Source: a virus (Duplodnaviria > Heunggongvirae > Uroviricota > Caudoviricetes). From it: a stretch of 64,000 bases of DNA. The stretch spans positions 64,001-128,000 of the IMG/VR virus record IMGVR_UViG_3300029305_001878. One strand, 5' to 3'. The translations under genes and the position numbers were made by a program. The notes beneath the pieces are model-generated. The model was not told the DNA's origin. It did not search any database and was given only the letters and a program-made list of their open reading frames with translations. Positions within the stretch are counted from its first letter, which is position 1, and the number at the start of each line of letters is the position of its first letter. Positions 27,011 through 39,535 of this stretch are shown here, in pieces.

Positions 27011-27054
27011 ATAGATATTACTCCTTTCACTCTTTTATTTTTATATATAAAACG

Positions 27055-27096
27055 AAAAAGGGTTATGAGAATATAATTCCCATAACCCTTTATTAT
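27055..27096. terminator. intrinsic terminator
   Basis: aagggttatg…cataaccctt hairpin plus T-run. Confidence 0.5.
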
Positions 27097-27131
27097 ATTC
27101 CTATTAAAATTTAAAATATAATTTAGTAGTC

Positions 27132-27665
27132 TTATCCTAATTTGCTTAATACGTCTTTTAATAATGTAAGATTTTCAGGATTAGAAATATTCTTTTGTAA
27201 TTCATCAATATCAAAATTTAAATTATCATAATCAGTAGTCATAGCCTCTAAAATGCCGCGCACACTATTTTGCTATGCATAAATCTTATTAAGAATATCA
27301 ATAATCCAAGTTTGTAAAGCGTTATACTCTCTCTCGCATATTGCAAGAATTTGTCCTAATAAAGTAGAAGACACTAAAGCATCATATAATTTATAAGAAT
27401 TTTCTTTCTGTTTATCAGTAAAAGAAATATTAGTATAATTATAAACCATTTCTAATCCTAAATTTACTAAAACTTGAGGAATATTAAAATGCTTACTATC
27501 TGCTTCTAAAGTAGCACTTACTACTTTATTCATAATAGAAATCTTCTCTTGGATAGGTAAATATTTTCTTACTTCAATATTTTGCTCATTCCATTCAATA
27601 ATTTCTATACTTTCATCTATTTTTAATCCTAATTTACTATAAGAAATTTTTGCCAAATTAAACAA
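27132..27665 (-). CDS. hypothetical tail-assembly-region protein B (TAG-containing)
   Basis: Frame-0 ORF 27273..27665 continues through TAG 27273 to TAA 27132-27134. AAAGGAG RBS upstream. Confidence 0.35.
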
Positions 27666-27708
27666 CTCCTTTTACTCTATTATACAAAAAATTTTTATGT
27701 ATGTCAAA

Positions 27709-28770
27709 TTATTTATCCATTTTATCTAAAGCTTTTATAGATATTCTTGTTCTATGAGTCTTAAAAGGCTATGACAAAGAACTAAATATTCCAGTATTTT
27801 CACCATTAATATAATCATCTAAAATGGATTGTGTACTAAATACTTTTATACTTCCATTTAAAGTTGAATCGTTAACTATTAAGAAATCTACCATCTCTTT
27901 ATTACTATTACTATCTAACAAACCCAATCCAACTAATTCATAAGTTGAATAAATATGTCCTAAATGTTTCAAAATTAAACTTTTATGTTCATTATGAAAA
28001 TCATAACAATTTTTCATTCTATAATACTAATCATATATTCTTTTATAGCTATAATTTGTAACAGCTCCAACCACACTAGCATACATTCTAAAAGAATTTG
28101 TACGACCTAGTTTTGATGCCTCAAAATGTTTTGAATTTTTTAAAGAAAATCTAAATGCTTTTAATATAGAAAAAGCTCTCAAAGCTTTCGCACTAGCTTT
28201 ATAATCAATATTTATATGAATATTAAAATTTGAACCAGCGAAATCGGTTTTTCCATATCTTTCAACTAAAGCTTGCCTTGTTAATGTGTTATAATTATTC
28301 TAATCTTCTTTTACTATATTTTGAATTTCCTTTTGATAATCAGTAATTCTTTTTTTAGTCCCATTTTTATTTATATTAATAACAGCATTTGTTTTACCTA
28401 ATCCACCTAAATTAAAGCTCCCCTATAAATCTTTTAACTATAATCCTTGGTCAAAAAACTATTCAGCAATATTTTTATCTAAAATGCTAGCAATACTTAA
28501 CATTAAAGCCTCAAATTCATTTTCTAATTTATCGCCAGCAATGTTAGCGCTACTTCCTTCATATAAAAATAACTACTATCCACCCAATAAACTATTAACC
28601 CTTTCAGCTAAAAGTCTCATAATAGGGTCATTAGACTAATTAGCATATCTCAACTCATTTAAAAAATCTTCTAAAAACTAGGCAATATCACTTAAACCAT
28701 TATTTCTAGAGTATTTTGTAGCTAAAGATGGATGAACTATATTTTCTAAAAAAAAATCTGTACTTATAGT
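27709..28770 (-). CDS. hypothetical protein A between major tail and TMP genes (tail assembly chaperone candidate), TAG-containing
   Basis: ATG 28768-28770 with GAGAAAGGAGAAAAA RBS. Frame 1 is open through ORF 27769..28017 and TAG 27769 to TAA 27709-27711. Confidence 0.35.
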
Positions 28771-28801
28771 AGCCATATTTTTTCTCCTTTCTCTCAAAAG
28801 T

Positions 28802-28846
28802 AAAAAAAAGGAGAGGAAATTAAATTTCCTCTCCTTTTTTTTATTC
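28802..28846. terminator. strong bidirectional terminator
   Basis: ggagaggaaat…atttcctctcc hairpin flanked by A8 and T9. Confidence 0.6.
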
Positions 28847-29004
28847 TTTTACAGGGGCATTTGCCTCTATTGCGACTTTTTTCTCTTCCTGCTTTTTAAC
28901 AGGAAGTTTTTTTTCTTCAACCTTTTTCTGACGTTTTTCTACTTCTTTCTTTACAATAGTAGAAGCAGACTTTCGAGGGGTTGCATGAATAATCATATTA
29001 TTGA

Positions 29005-30120
29005 TTAGCCAACGAAACTATTTTCGTGTAAGGGTTCATGGAAGGTCTGTGTACGAACCATATCAGTAGACAGAACATCTTCGATGACCTGGATAGCAGC
29101 CATAACTTTCTTGGTGCTATCGAAACGAGTATAGCCGGGGAAAGCGTCAAGAGTAAAGGTGAAGGTTGAGGGGTCACCACTGGAAGCCATAGAGAAGGTG
29201 AAGTTAGACTGTACCTTGCAGTTAGGAATGATAAATTCAGCAGGCAGGTCAACACCGTCTTGGTTACGGAACAGAGTGGAGGCTTCTAAATAGAAGTTGC
29301 CGCCGAAGGATTCAGCAGTAATTTCAATCTGCTTTACGTTGGAAGCCTTTTCAGTATAATAGTCAACCAAGAAAGTAGAAACACCCTGAACGAACATATT
29401 GCTCATTAAATATTCATCATTAATTTCAGTGAGATTATGAATCTTATAATCTTTATCATCCTGATTAACATAATTATATTGAGATTCTTCAGAAGCATCT
29501 TTCTTCATAGGACTCTTTGGCTGAATAGTAATAGCATACTTTTCAGGTAATTTAGTTTCAGAAGCATCTTTAACATTTGCCCACTTGCTACCATCCCAAT
29601 AAACTTCAACAGGGTCAGCAACTACAGGTAAATAAGGTTCAGAAACAACTTCACCATTTCTCATAGCCATAACATAAACGTAAGACTCTTGTTTTAAATA
29701 TGCTCCACCAATCTTGGGTCCCATATAAGGCTTCTGACTTAAATAAATAGTAACGCCAGCAGTCTTATCTTCAGGGTTATAAGCAAAATCAGTAGTAGTT
29801 TCAGTAACGTGCTGCTTAATGGTGTTAGAAGAGTCGGCTTCAATCAGACCTGCGCCGGCCAGAATCATCAGACCTTCAGGAGAAATCAGAGCATCTTCCA
29901 TAGTGAAAGTTAAGGTCTTTTCGCCGTCCCAGGAAACTAAACGAGCATTGCCGCGTCCGCCCTGTGCATAAACAGTGGTAGAAGCGCCTTCTAAAGTAGA
30001 AGTCTTTAAAGTATCGAAATACATAACGGGTTCATCTTTATAAAAGATTTTATGGCCAATTTTCATAGGAGCCTTGGCTTTTAATACGACGTCGCATATT
30101 TCGCGAATACCATATTTCAT
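29005..30120 (-). CDS. major tail (tube/sheath-class) structural protein (371 aa), GC-rich, TAG-free
   Basis: Intact ORF with AGGAGG RBS and TAA stop. Positioned between the neck genes and the chaperone/TMP genes. Codon-optimised appearance. Confidence 0.4.
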   Translation of the reverse strand: MKYGIREICDVVLKAKAPMKIGHKIFYKDEPVMYFDTLKTSTLEGASTTVYAQGGRGNARLVSWDGEKTLTFTMEDALISPEGLMILAGAGLIEADSSNTIKQHVTETTTDFAYNPEDKTAGVTIYLSQKPYMGPKIGGAYLKQESYVYVMAMRNGEVVSEPYLPVVADPVEVYWDGSKWANVKDASETKLPEKYAITIQPKSPMKKDASEESQYNYVNQDDKDYKIHNLTEINDEYLMSNMFVQGVSTFLVDYYTEKASNVKQIEITAESFGGNFYLEASTLFRNQDGVDLPAEFIIPNCKVQSNFTFSMASSGDPSTFTFTLDAFPGYTRFDSTKKVMAAIQVIEDVLSTDMVRTQTFHEPLHENSFVG

Positions 30121-30149
30121 AAGTATTTTTCCTCCTTAAATTGTTTAAT

Positions 30150-33100
30150 GAATATTCTTCATCCAATTTTCAACTTTTTTGTCGCTTTTAGCGCCAGCAA
30201 GTTTTCCTCGGATATCAATATCCCAATTTATATATAACGAATATCTCTCAATTAAGTCATATAACTAATACATTGTCAGATTAATACAATCTTCTAGTGA
30301 CATTGAATTAAGCCCTACAGTAAGAGTGGAAAGATATTGGCTAAATATACTAACATTGGCAGAATCATTTAATTCAGCCACACGTTTGCGCCCGCGCATA
30401 AGTTTTTCAGCAATCTCTTTTGCTTTCTTATTCGCAGGATTAAAAGTATCTTCTTTTCGTTTTTCGCTATCAAAACAAAATACTTTTTCTAAAACTCCCT
30501 ATAATATTTCAAAATTATCCTCGTCTATCATAGCACCTTCTGGCTAAACTATTAAAGAACGAGGAGTAAAAACTACTTTACTATTTGGGAATAATAAGGT
30601 CAATACTTGCTAAACAGCCGCTTTTTTATCAGCAGTCTATTCATCTTTCATAACCATCATAAATATCTAAAAATTATTCGTATCTTCCGGTATAGAATTG
30701 TCCATTAAAATACTTTTATTTATACATAAACATTGCGCGCCAGTTAAAAAATCTTGTTCACCAATTAAAGCAATTTCTTTCATTTTTGGCTAATGCACAA
30801 CCAACTATAATTCGGGAATGGGTAAATCAGTCCCGCACATTAAACCTAATCTATAATCAATCATAAATAGGCATTTTCATAAAATTTTCAAGAAACTGCT
30901 ATTCATCCATTGGATTGGGCATAAATTTTTTATCTTCGCCACCGTGTACAACTCTATATCTTAAACACATACCTGCATATTCATCGTTTTCAATTAATTT
31001 AGAATCTAATGATAAAAATTCCATTTCACCCATATTAGTTAAATGCTTTTTATCAAGCATACTATCAAGTTCAGCCGCAATTCTAAAAGGTCTTAATTTA
31101 AAGTCTTTTAACATCCATTGGTCAACGTGACATATAATATCAAATTCAATTATATTATCTCTAAACTCTGGATTATAAGTTGTCTAAAAACCATCAAAAT
31201 TAATTAATAAATAATTTTCTACTAATTTATCTACTTTAATTTTTGGAACAAATTTAATATTATTTTCAATTAAACTTTGCATTTGTTCTTCATTTAAATC
31301 TTTACGATTTAATGCATCTGGCGTGTTATAATATAATAATTTTTGTAAACTACGATTTTCAAAAATTCTATCCATAATCAAAGCCGCGTCTTTTTCAACT
31401 GATAAAAAACTTGATTGTGGATTTTTTACATTTACAATATTCATACACCTTTTACTCCTTTTAAATTAAAACAATGACTCAACTACAATAGTTTTCTTTA
31501 TATCACCATAATATAAATCAAATTGTCCAGAATAAGAAGAACTCCATTTAATAATTATTTCTTTTCCTTTTGGAGCAGCCTAAATCGGCAATTTCTTATC
31601 CCAAGTCCAAGAGGAATCATTATTTCCTTGATAAGTATAAGTATGAGTTGTTTTAGGTTTTATAAAAGTATCTCCATCAATTAATTCAGTAATATTTGGG
31701 TCGTTCTATTCAGGAATTAAAGCACCCACTAAACCCTTTTCAATATCATCTTCGTGGTCATTTGAATAATATTCAACGGCATTTACTTCTATAATTCCAG
31801 GAGTACTATATCTATCAACAGCCTCAATACGCCAACACACATCATCACCCTTTAAATAAAATTTAGTATAACGCTAGAAGAATTTTTTATTTTCTTCATT
31901 ATAAGGTACTAAAAAATTTAAAGAATAATTAGGATTGTCTATACTTATTTCGTGCTTTTGAATATAATCTATTTTTGTTTCTACAGGACCTCTTAATGCC
32001 GCCATTGTGTTATGTAAACCATTATCGTCTTCCCAATTAATTTCATAACTACAACGTCTAATTTGTCCTCTAAAATAAGCCAATTCAGTCATATCTTGTA
32101 AATAAATTAACCAATAAGAATTAGTTCCAATCCATTCAAAAACATCACCGACTTGATAATTATATTCATAACCTATAGAAATAATTTTATCATCATAGTC
32201 TTGTTTTAATTTATTAGGGTTAATTAAAGCCTTATATTGTAATTCATCGTTTAGTTTTTTTACATAAGCACCCTAATAAGAATAGTTAACTGCGCGGCTC
32301 AATGTTTTGCGCTTATCAATAATCATTCGCTCTTGCTATAAAGATGTAAAAACATCAGGATTTTGATATTTATTTAACATCTCTGATTTAACTATTCTTT
32401 GTTTCATTAAATCTAAACTGTTAGCCAAGGTTTTAACCCCCTTAACAGGGTAATAGATTCAAAAACGGTTTTTCGATAAAAATCAAAATCCGTTTCAATA
32501 TTTTTTAAACCTTCTAATTTACTTAATAAAATTAAAAAGTTTTCATCAATATTAAATATATGATAAAGACCGGTAATTTCACAAATCACAGTATCTAACT
32601 GCAACTCCCAAGATTCTTCTTTTTCTCGCATTGGGATCAATTTCCATATTTGATTAGTTAGTCTATTTATATTTGTCTGAAAATTTTCATCTTCAACAAC
32701 AAAACCATATTTAGTCATCAAGGGCGCTAACCTCCCTCAATACAGACCAGTTAGATTCTATATAACCATCAGCAGTATATCTGCGACGTTTATATAAACG
32801 CTACATATGAAATCCCATTCTGCGAATTTCCGTTTTTAATGATAAAAGTTTTGCTAAATGATTTGCTTGGGAAGTCATTTTAAAATCACTTCCAGAGTAT
32901 TTCATTCTTGTAACTTCTATCGAAGCAATCTAGCGATTTATCCAAGCCTCTTCCATAAGTAAGGCCAAGATATTCATTTCTTCATCATTTAAATCAGCAT
33001 TAAAATAAGAAGTATTCTACGGAGAGAATACTTCTTCAAAGGCTTCATCTATATCTCCACCATCTAGAATTCCATCAGGTGTTAAATCTTTTATTGCGCC

Positions 33101-33307
33101 GCCATCTATAGCGTCTCTGATTGCGTTAGGCGCATCCAATCCGCTTAACACATAATCTAATCTTTTACGAGGAAATTCAAAGCCTGGAATTGCATCAATT
33201 AATAATTGACGCATATCTTGTAAAGTATCTTGAGGAGTTAATTCTAAATACATATCATCGGTAATTTTACCTAGAAATCTTTCATATATATAAAAGAAAG
33301 ATGTCAT
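30150..33307 (-). other. head-tail connector / neck gene cluster (several TAG-interrupted genes; starts at 33307 and 31444 have RBS)
   Basis: ORF fragments 33017..33307, 32413..32721, 31874..32092, 31184..31444 and 30899..31114. The frame of 33017..33307 continues past TAG 33017 for more than 80 sense codons. Confidence 0.3.
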
Positions 33308-33327
33308 ATGTATAAAGCCTCCTTAAA

Positions 33328-33897
33328 TTATTCAGCCTTACTTACTACATTATATTTAGTAGTGGTTCTGCGGCGAGTAGGAGCCTCTTCAGTCTTAACA
33401 CGACGTTCGAAAGCCGCAGGTTCGATTTGTCCAGCCTTACTTTCAGCCTTTTCTGCTTCTAAATTCTTTAAAGCAGTATCAACGTCAAATCCAGTCTTTT
33501 CTTTTAAAGCATTGCGCTTATCATAATCCATCAAAGGGACTGAAACCGCAAATTGCTTTAATAAATCAATTACTCCAATAGGAGCAAAATCTAAACAATC
33601 TAAAAATGCATCTAAAGAGCCATTTTTAATCAAATTAACAATATCTGCTTCGCTCATATAGTATTCATTTTCAGGTTGAATGTTTAATTCTTGGATTGCA
33701 GCATTTTCAGTAATTTGTAAAAAATTACGCATTAAAGTAGTACCGCCTTGTTGATAACTTAATTTTAAAAGTTCAACACAAGGAATTCTTTTAGTTTCAC
33801 CAGGCTGAAATTCTCTACGAATACCATCTTCTCTGATATTATAAACAACCATACTGGAACTTCTATTCTTTACATTGACAATTCTATTTTCATTCAT
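33328..33897 (-). CDS. hypothetical head protein (189 aa), GC-rich, TAG-free
   Basis: Intact ORF with TAA stop, immediately downstream of the capsid gene. Confidence 0.45.
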   Translation of the reverse strand: MNENRIVNVKNRSSSMVVYNIREDGIRREFQPGETKRIPCVELLKLSYQQGGTTLMRNFLQITENAAIQELNIQPENEYYMSEADIVNLIKNGSLDAFLDCLDFAPIGVIDLLKQFAVSVPLMDYDKRNALKEKTGFDVDTALKNLEAEKAESKAGQIEPAAFERRVKTEEAPTRRRTTTKYNVVSKAE

Positions 33898-33982
33898 TTC
33901 AATAATCTCCTTTTACTCAAAAACAATAAGGGGATGGGGAAATCCCCATCCCCAAATAAAATATATATTTAGTTAATTAAAA

Positions 33983-35122
33983 TTAGCCTTGAACGTCTCC
34001 GCCATCAACATCATCTTGAGAACCAGTGATGTTACCTGCGTAGTCACGAACATAACCAGTTACACCGTCTAAATGCCAGGTGACCATATCACCCAGTAAT
34101 TCGGTGTCACAGTAGCAGCAAATGTTGTTAGCCAGCATTGCTAAAACGCCAACCTTCTTGTAAACGTGGATTTCACGAGACCAGTCATAGTTGTTATCGC
34201 GTTCAGCAACTAAAGTGCCGCCTTCAAAAGCGATCTTAACAGGCTTGCTGTCAGCGCAGGAAGGAATAATCCAGCAATAACCGGGATCAATAACCTTGCG
34301 GCTATTGGTTCCATCTTCGAAGCCCTGCTCTAAAATAACAACCTTATGGCCCTTATAAGAAGCCAGACGACCAGTTCTCCACAATTCATCCTTCATTGCT
34401 TCAGTATAACGCCAAGCATCTTTGGGAATCATACGGACAGCAAATTCATAAGTACAATAAATAGTAGGAGTACCATAAGCGCCAGCAATCATCAGTAACT
34501 TGTCGAAAGCAGCCTCATCGAAACCATTAGTAGCAACACGGTTTGCAGGAGGTAACTGATTAATAGAAGCCTTCAGAGCAGCAGCAACTTCTTTATAAAT
34601 CAGTTCATCCATACCTTCCATAACAATGCGAGTGACAACAGAGAAGTCAACACGACCATCAAGGAATTCTTCGAAGCCGATTTGAGCGGCGCCGCCAATA
34701 GCACTAGTAGGTACCATAAAGGATTCTTCGCCAGCACTTAACTTAAATACTTCATAAACACCTGCTAAACCAATGCGAGTAACGAACTGCTTTGCACGAT
34801 GGTTGGAGCCGAGTTTTCTGCGGAAGACAGCACGGTCACCCTGTGCGAAAGTCTTAACTTCAGCAAACTGGGCATACTGTTCTTCAACTTTCTTAGGAAG
34901 AACTTCATTTAAAGTTTCTTCAATAATAGAGAAAATCAGGTTCTTATTTTCACGATATAATGCATAAGTACCTGCTAATTCATTAAATTCCTGACGTAAA
35001 GTCTCATTTAAAGCCTCGTAAGACAGAGACTGTCCATCAAAACTGTAAGCAACAGGAGCAGAAGGGTCAGCCTTTGCGACCTGTTTGGCAAGAGCAACTA
35101 AATTATTTCTATCTAAAGCCAT
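33983..35122 (-). CDS. major capsid protein (HK97-fold class, 379 aa), GC-rich, TAG-free
   Basis: Intact ORF with AAGGAGAG RBS and TAA stop. The ~380-aa size and its position after the scaffold gene are typical of HK97-type MCPs. Confidence 0.5.
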   Translation of the reverse strand: MALDRNNLVALAKQVAKADPSAPVAYSFDGQSLSYEALNETLRQEFNELAGTYALYRENKNLIFSIIEETLNEVLPKKVEEQYAQFAEVKTFAQGDRAVFRRKLGSNHRAKQFVTRIGLAGVYEVFKLSAGEESFMVPTSAIGGAAQIGFEEFLDGRVDFSVVTRIVMEGMDELIYKEVAAALKASINQLPPANRVATNGFDEAAFDKLLMIAGAYGTPTIYCTYEFAVRMIPKDAWRYTEAMKDELWRTGRLASYKGHKVVILEQGFEDGTNSRKVIDPGYCWIIPSCADSKPVKIAFEGGTLVAERDNNYDWSREIHVYKKVGVLAMLANNICCYCDTELLGDMVTWHLDGVTGYVRDYAGNITGSQDDVDGGDVQG

Positions 35123-35140
35123 TTTTCTTCTCTCCTTTCA

Positions 35141-35938
35141 TTAAGCGATACGCATTAATTTAACACCGCGCTGATGGTCGGGCATAGTATAAACTTTAAC
35201 AACCTGCCACTGGATAGAGCCATCGCCGGACTTGCTTAAAATACCATCAGCAGCACGAGGACTTAAAACGTCACCGACTACTAATTCTTTTTCCATAACC
35301 ATATTAGTGGTAAATAAATCACCAGGCATAGTCTTTAATACACGAGGAACCATAACAGTGCCTTCGGGCATTCTCTTTTCTCTATAAGGTCCTTCAATAT
35401 GGAAAGGATCTTCATTATAATGTAATTCATAAGGATCGGTAGCAGCAGGAGCAGTAACCTTATCGAAAGGATAAACCTTACCATTTAATTCAATAGAACT
35501 ATTGCCTTCTGCGTCGACGCCATTATAATATCTGGTCTGACGGTCCCAAGCAGTATCTAAATCAGCAGTGGGATTGCCATCCTTATCAACACCATAGCCA
35601 AATGGACTATAGATACGAGCGTTGTAATTGTGCTTTAACATAGCAAATTCGCAATCCATCTGCATTGGGTCACGATATAACTTAATTTCATTAAAGACCA
35701 TCATCCACTCGCCTGCGCCAGTGAAGTTAACAACACCATTAGCATAGTCATACTTAACGAACTGACCTTGCTCTAAAATCTGAATATCTTTATTAGCAGG
35801 TAACTGTGCATAAACCTGACCATTGCGCTGTGCACTTAAATGGTTGGGTTCTACCTGACCGAAACCATAATCAACATATCCGCCAGCGGCTTTAGAAGCC
35901 TGGGAGACGAAATGCTGACCAATGAAATCTTTTAGCAT
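35141..35938 (-). CDS. second abundant head protein (265 aa; decoration or capsid-associated), GC-rich, TAG-free
   Basis: Intact ORF with AGGAGG RBS and TAA stop. Confidence 0.4.
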   Translation of the reverse strand: MLKDFIGQHFVSQASKAAGGYVDYGFGQVEPNHLSAQRNGQVYAQLPANKDIQILEQGQFVKYDYANGVVNFTGAGEWMMVFNEIKLYRDPMQMDCEFAMLKHNYNARIYSPFGYGVDKDGNPTADLDTAWDRQTRYYNGVDAEGNSSIELNGKVYPFDKVTAPAATDPYELHYNEDPFHIEGPYREKRMPEGTVMVPRVLKTMPGDLFTTNMVMEKELVVGDVLSPRAADGILSKSGDGSIQWQVVKVYTMPDHQRGVKLMRIA

Positions 35939-35957
35939 TTTATATGTCCTCCTTAAA

Positions 35958-37481
35958 TTAATTTAAAGTTTTCGCAACTGACATTGCTCTCTTAACCCAA
36001 GCAGGAGTAGAACTATCATCAGTATCAGTTAGATTAAAAGTAGTAGGTTTATTATCTTTCTTATCTTCATCAAGATTGAAATTAACCTTGTTGCGAACAC
36101 AAATAATAGAAAGTTTTGCTTCAATATCATCTAAAGAATAAGTATCAATATTATCAATAACTTCTTTCTTATCTTCATCAGAAAGCATATAGAAGTTTTC
36201 AATCATTGCTTCTTTTTCTTTCTTCTCAATTTTAGCCTTAAAATCTTTTAAAGAAGAAATTTCAGTTTCTAAATTTTCTTTTTCAGTTACTAAAGCATTG
36301 TAATTTGCCTCTAATGCGCTATAACGGTTTAATAATTCAGTGTATTCTTCTACTTCTTCAAGAACATACTTTTTCTTTTTATCTTCGTCATTATGCTCAC
36401 AGGTGCATTCAGACTTTGGTTTGCCGCATTCAGGGCACTTTTCTTCTGATTTATTATCAGAATTCTCGGATTTAGTTTTTTCTTCTTTGCCCTAATTTTC
36501 TTCATCTTTTTTTGCTTTGTATTCAGCAATTGCTTCTGCACTGAATTGAGGCTCTTCTTCTGGAGTATACTCAATAACTTCAGTTTCTTCAGCAAAAGAA
36601 TAAGTATTAGTTTCAGCATCTAAAGAAAAACTTAATTTAACATACTCTTCACCATTTTTGAGAACAGCAAAAGTACTTTCATCCTCAAAAATTCCCTCAA
36701 TAGTCATTTGAGAAAGATTTGTTTCAACATAACTATAAAGAGCAGTCCATAAAGCGTCACCAATTTCAACACTATATCTGGAAAACACTTTTTCTCCTCC
36801 TTTATTATTTAATAACTCCCTCAATTCATCCATCATTGTACGAAGTTCATTTTTAAAACTATCATCAAATGAGAACTCTATTGTGGGCTTGGTAATTGTA
36901 GAACCTTCAAAACAAGGTTCTTCTTCATCACCTAATATACAAAGTTTTGAAATAATTGCTTCATTGATAATGAAGAATTCAGGCATACCATTATTATCTT
37001 CTGTCCAATAAGCATTTAAAGTTTCTTCATCTAATTCCATTGAATGATTATTTCCTTTATCAACACAGCGTTGACATTCTTTATACTATTTAGTCCATAA
37101 CCATCCTTCGGTCATTAAATATTCACGCTCAAATTGGTCATCATCAATGAATTTCTAAAACCACACCTTAGCATTTAAATCAACAAAACCATAAGGCTTA
37201 GTTTTATCAATAATTTTAAATTCTTTATTTGTGATTTTTATTTCTCTACTATGTTCTTCAAAATCTTCATTGTCTTCAATATAAAAACCAACAATAGGAC
37301 AACCAGGCAAACTATTAGCCATTTTAGTTGCTACTTCTTTTGTAATAATACTTCTATTACGATTTGGTTTATCACTGACATAACATACCTTAATTTCGCA
37401 TTTAGAAATTAAAGGATTATATGGAGTTATATTGATAAATTCAACAGGTGAAGATTCTAATCTAACACTTTTATGTCTCAT
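35958..37481 (-). CDS. scaffolding protein (possibly fused to a prohead-protease-like N-domain), ~507 codons with 3 TAG
   Basis: ATG 37479-37481 with AAGGAGG RBS. ORFs 37155..37481, 36492..37040 and 35958..36206 are co-frame (0). TAGs at 37155, 37086 and 36492. The acidic coiled-coil C-terminal half is typical of a scaffold. TAA at 35958. Confidence 0.4.
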
Positions 37482-37493
37482 TATTCATCCTCC

Positions 37494-39101
37494 TTAACTC
37501 ATTGATTCATTATTCTAAATGGTTTTTTCACTTTTTTCGCCTTCAGCCTTTTGCGGGCGTCCACCTTTGTTATCTCCAGTAGTAGACGCAGATGTAGAAG
37601 TAGAAGTTTTCTTCTACCCTAAAATATCCTCGCCGCTTAAAGTAGAACTCATAAGTGGAGGAATCATAATTTCGCTTAATTTTAAATTATCATTTTCAAA
37701 ATAAGCAGTATTTAAGATGAAACTCTATGAATGTCCAAGCGCAATTTGCGGCAACATTTTTGAATATCCTAATTGAGTTTGTTCTTTATACATTTTTGAT
37801 AAGTCTTTATAATTATATTGTGTAGTTTCAAGCATATAAAATTTAAAGACATATCCGCCTTTTTTAGAAAACTTTTTAGCAATAATATTATCAAAGAAAA
37901 TATGAAACTATAATAATAGATTACGCATTATAGATTCATCATTTAAAATAGATTTTTCAAGAGATAAATTACCATCAGTATTAAATAAGTTCTGTGAAAT
38001 ACCAAAAGCATTAAATAATGCTCTTTCTATTTTCTCTAAATCATCAGTAGTTGTTGAACTATTACTATCGTGCGTATCTATTGAATCAATATCAGCAAAA
38101 GTAGTTAATACATCAACACCCACTGAACGTTTTAACATCTGAACTGCGTTATTATGAATATCTCTTGCTTCATCAACGTCAAAAATCAAATCGCCATTCT
38201 TATCTCTTGGAAGTTTTTGAACTATAATTTTTAATAATCGTTGCATTTGTTTGCGACGGTCTAAATCTTGCGCTGCATCTAAATCTAAAATTGCGGGAAT
38301 AGCATTAATAAACATTGGGACATCACTATTGTTAAAATTAAATTTAATACTTGAACCTATATCTAATAAATACCAACTACCATATTTATCATTCATATTA
38401 TCTCTTGGTAATTTACCTTGTTTATAAAGCATATATCCTTTTTTAAATTCATCAGGAAAAAGATTTAATACTCGCATTCGATAATTAATATCGCTAAAAG
38501 TATCAAAAAAACGCATATCAAATTCAATAGCGGGCAATTGACCTACAAAATATCTTGAACGGCAATATTTAACAGGCAACTACTGTAAAACAATCTAATC
38601 ATTAGAAGGAACAAGATAAGCATAATATGCTCCATTCTTAATTACTTCTAAAGCAATGTCTCCGCATATCTTTTTAATATGGCTTGCATCTAAATATTCA
38701 AGAACTTTATTAAACTCTTTTAATATTTTTTCATCTTTAATTTTATCATCATAGATGGTCGGCGCAACATACCAATCATATCTATATAAAGAAGCAAAAT
38801 AATTACAAACTCTTTCATAAATACCATTTATATTATAATAAAAATTTGAAATATTTCGTAATTCTTCTAAATTGTGTTGTCCAATAGCCATCTAAATAAA
38901 AGCCTTATTAGTATATTGATGCCGAGGAAAAGATTTCTGTAAAGACCCTAAATCCAAAACCGCATCAGTTAAAGTTTTAGTGCCTACTTTTATTTTTCCA
39001 TAATCTAAAAATTCACTTATTTCATCACGTCTATTTAAATTATATTCAGCATAACTATCACTTATATTAAAGCCTTTAGCGTGAATAGATTCTTTATTCA
39101 A
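37494..39101 (-). CDS. portal protein (~535 codons, TAG-containing)
   Basis: TTG start 39099-39101 lies 9 nt after AAGGAGG. Frame 0 runs through ORFs 38892..39101, 38595..38891 and 37908..38579. TAGs at 38892, 38595, 37908, 37725, 37614 and 37515. TAA at 37494. Located directly downstream of terminase. Confidence 0.5.
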
Positions 39102-39113
39102 AACTCCACCTCC

Positions 39114-39470
39114 TTAATAACCAGCAAGTTTCATAATATAGTCATATGAAATGAGGTTTTCTTCTGTATATGGAATTTCAATTAAAGTAAAATCGTGAAG
39201 CGCGCAAAATCTTCGCTTTTGATTATCATTGTATTGCTATTGGTACAATCCTTTTTTACCACCAAATTTCTAACTTGCTTCATAATGCTATTTACCTTGA
39301 TATTCAATAATAAAATCAATATTACCATCATCATCAAATACAACAAAATCAAAACGAAGGGGTCTGCCGCCAGGACTATTTAATCCAGGAAAACTATATT
39401 CCATTTTAAAAGGCAATTCAGCATCAGTTAAAATTTCTTCTATTTTTAATTCGGCACGTGAGGCTCTCAC
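39114..39470 (-). CDS. small hypothetical protein between terminase and portal (2 TAG)
   Basis: GTG 39468-39470 after AAAGGAGG. Frame 0 is open to TAA 39114-39116. This real TAA separates it from the co-frame portal gene. Confidence 0.35.
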
Positions 39471-39535
39471 ACGACCCCTCCTTTCTATTAATTAAAAAAT
39501 TGCCAATCTTTTGCGTTAAATCGCTTTTTCTTCTT

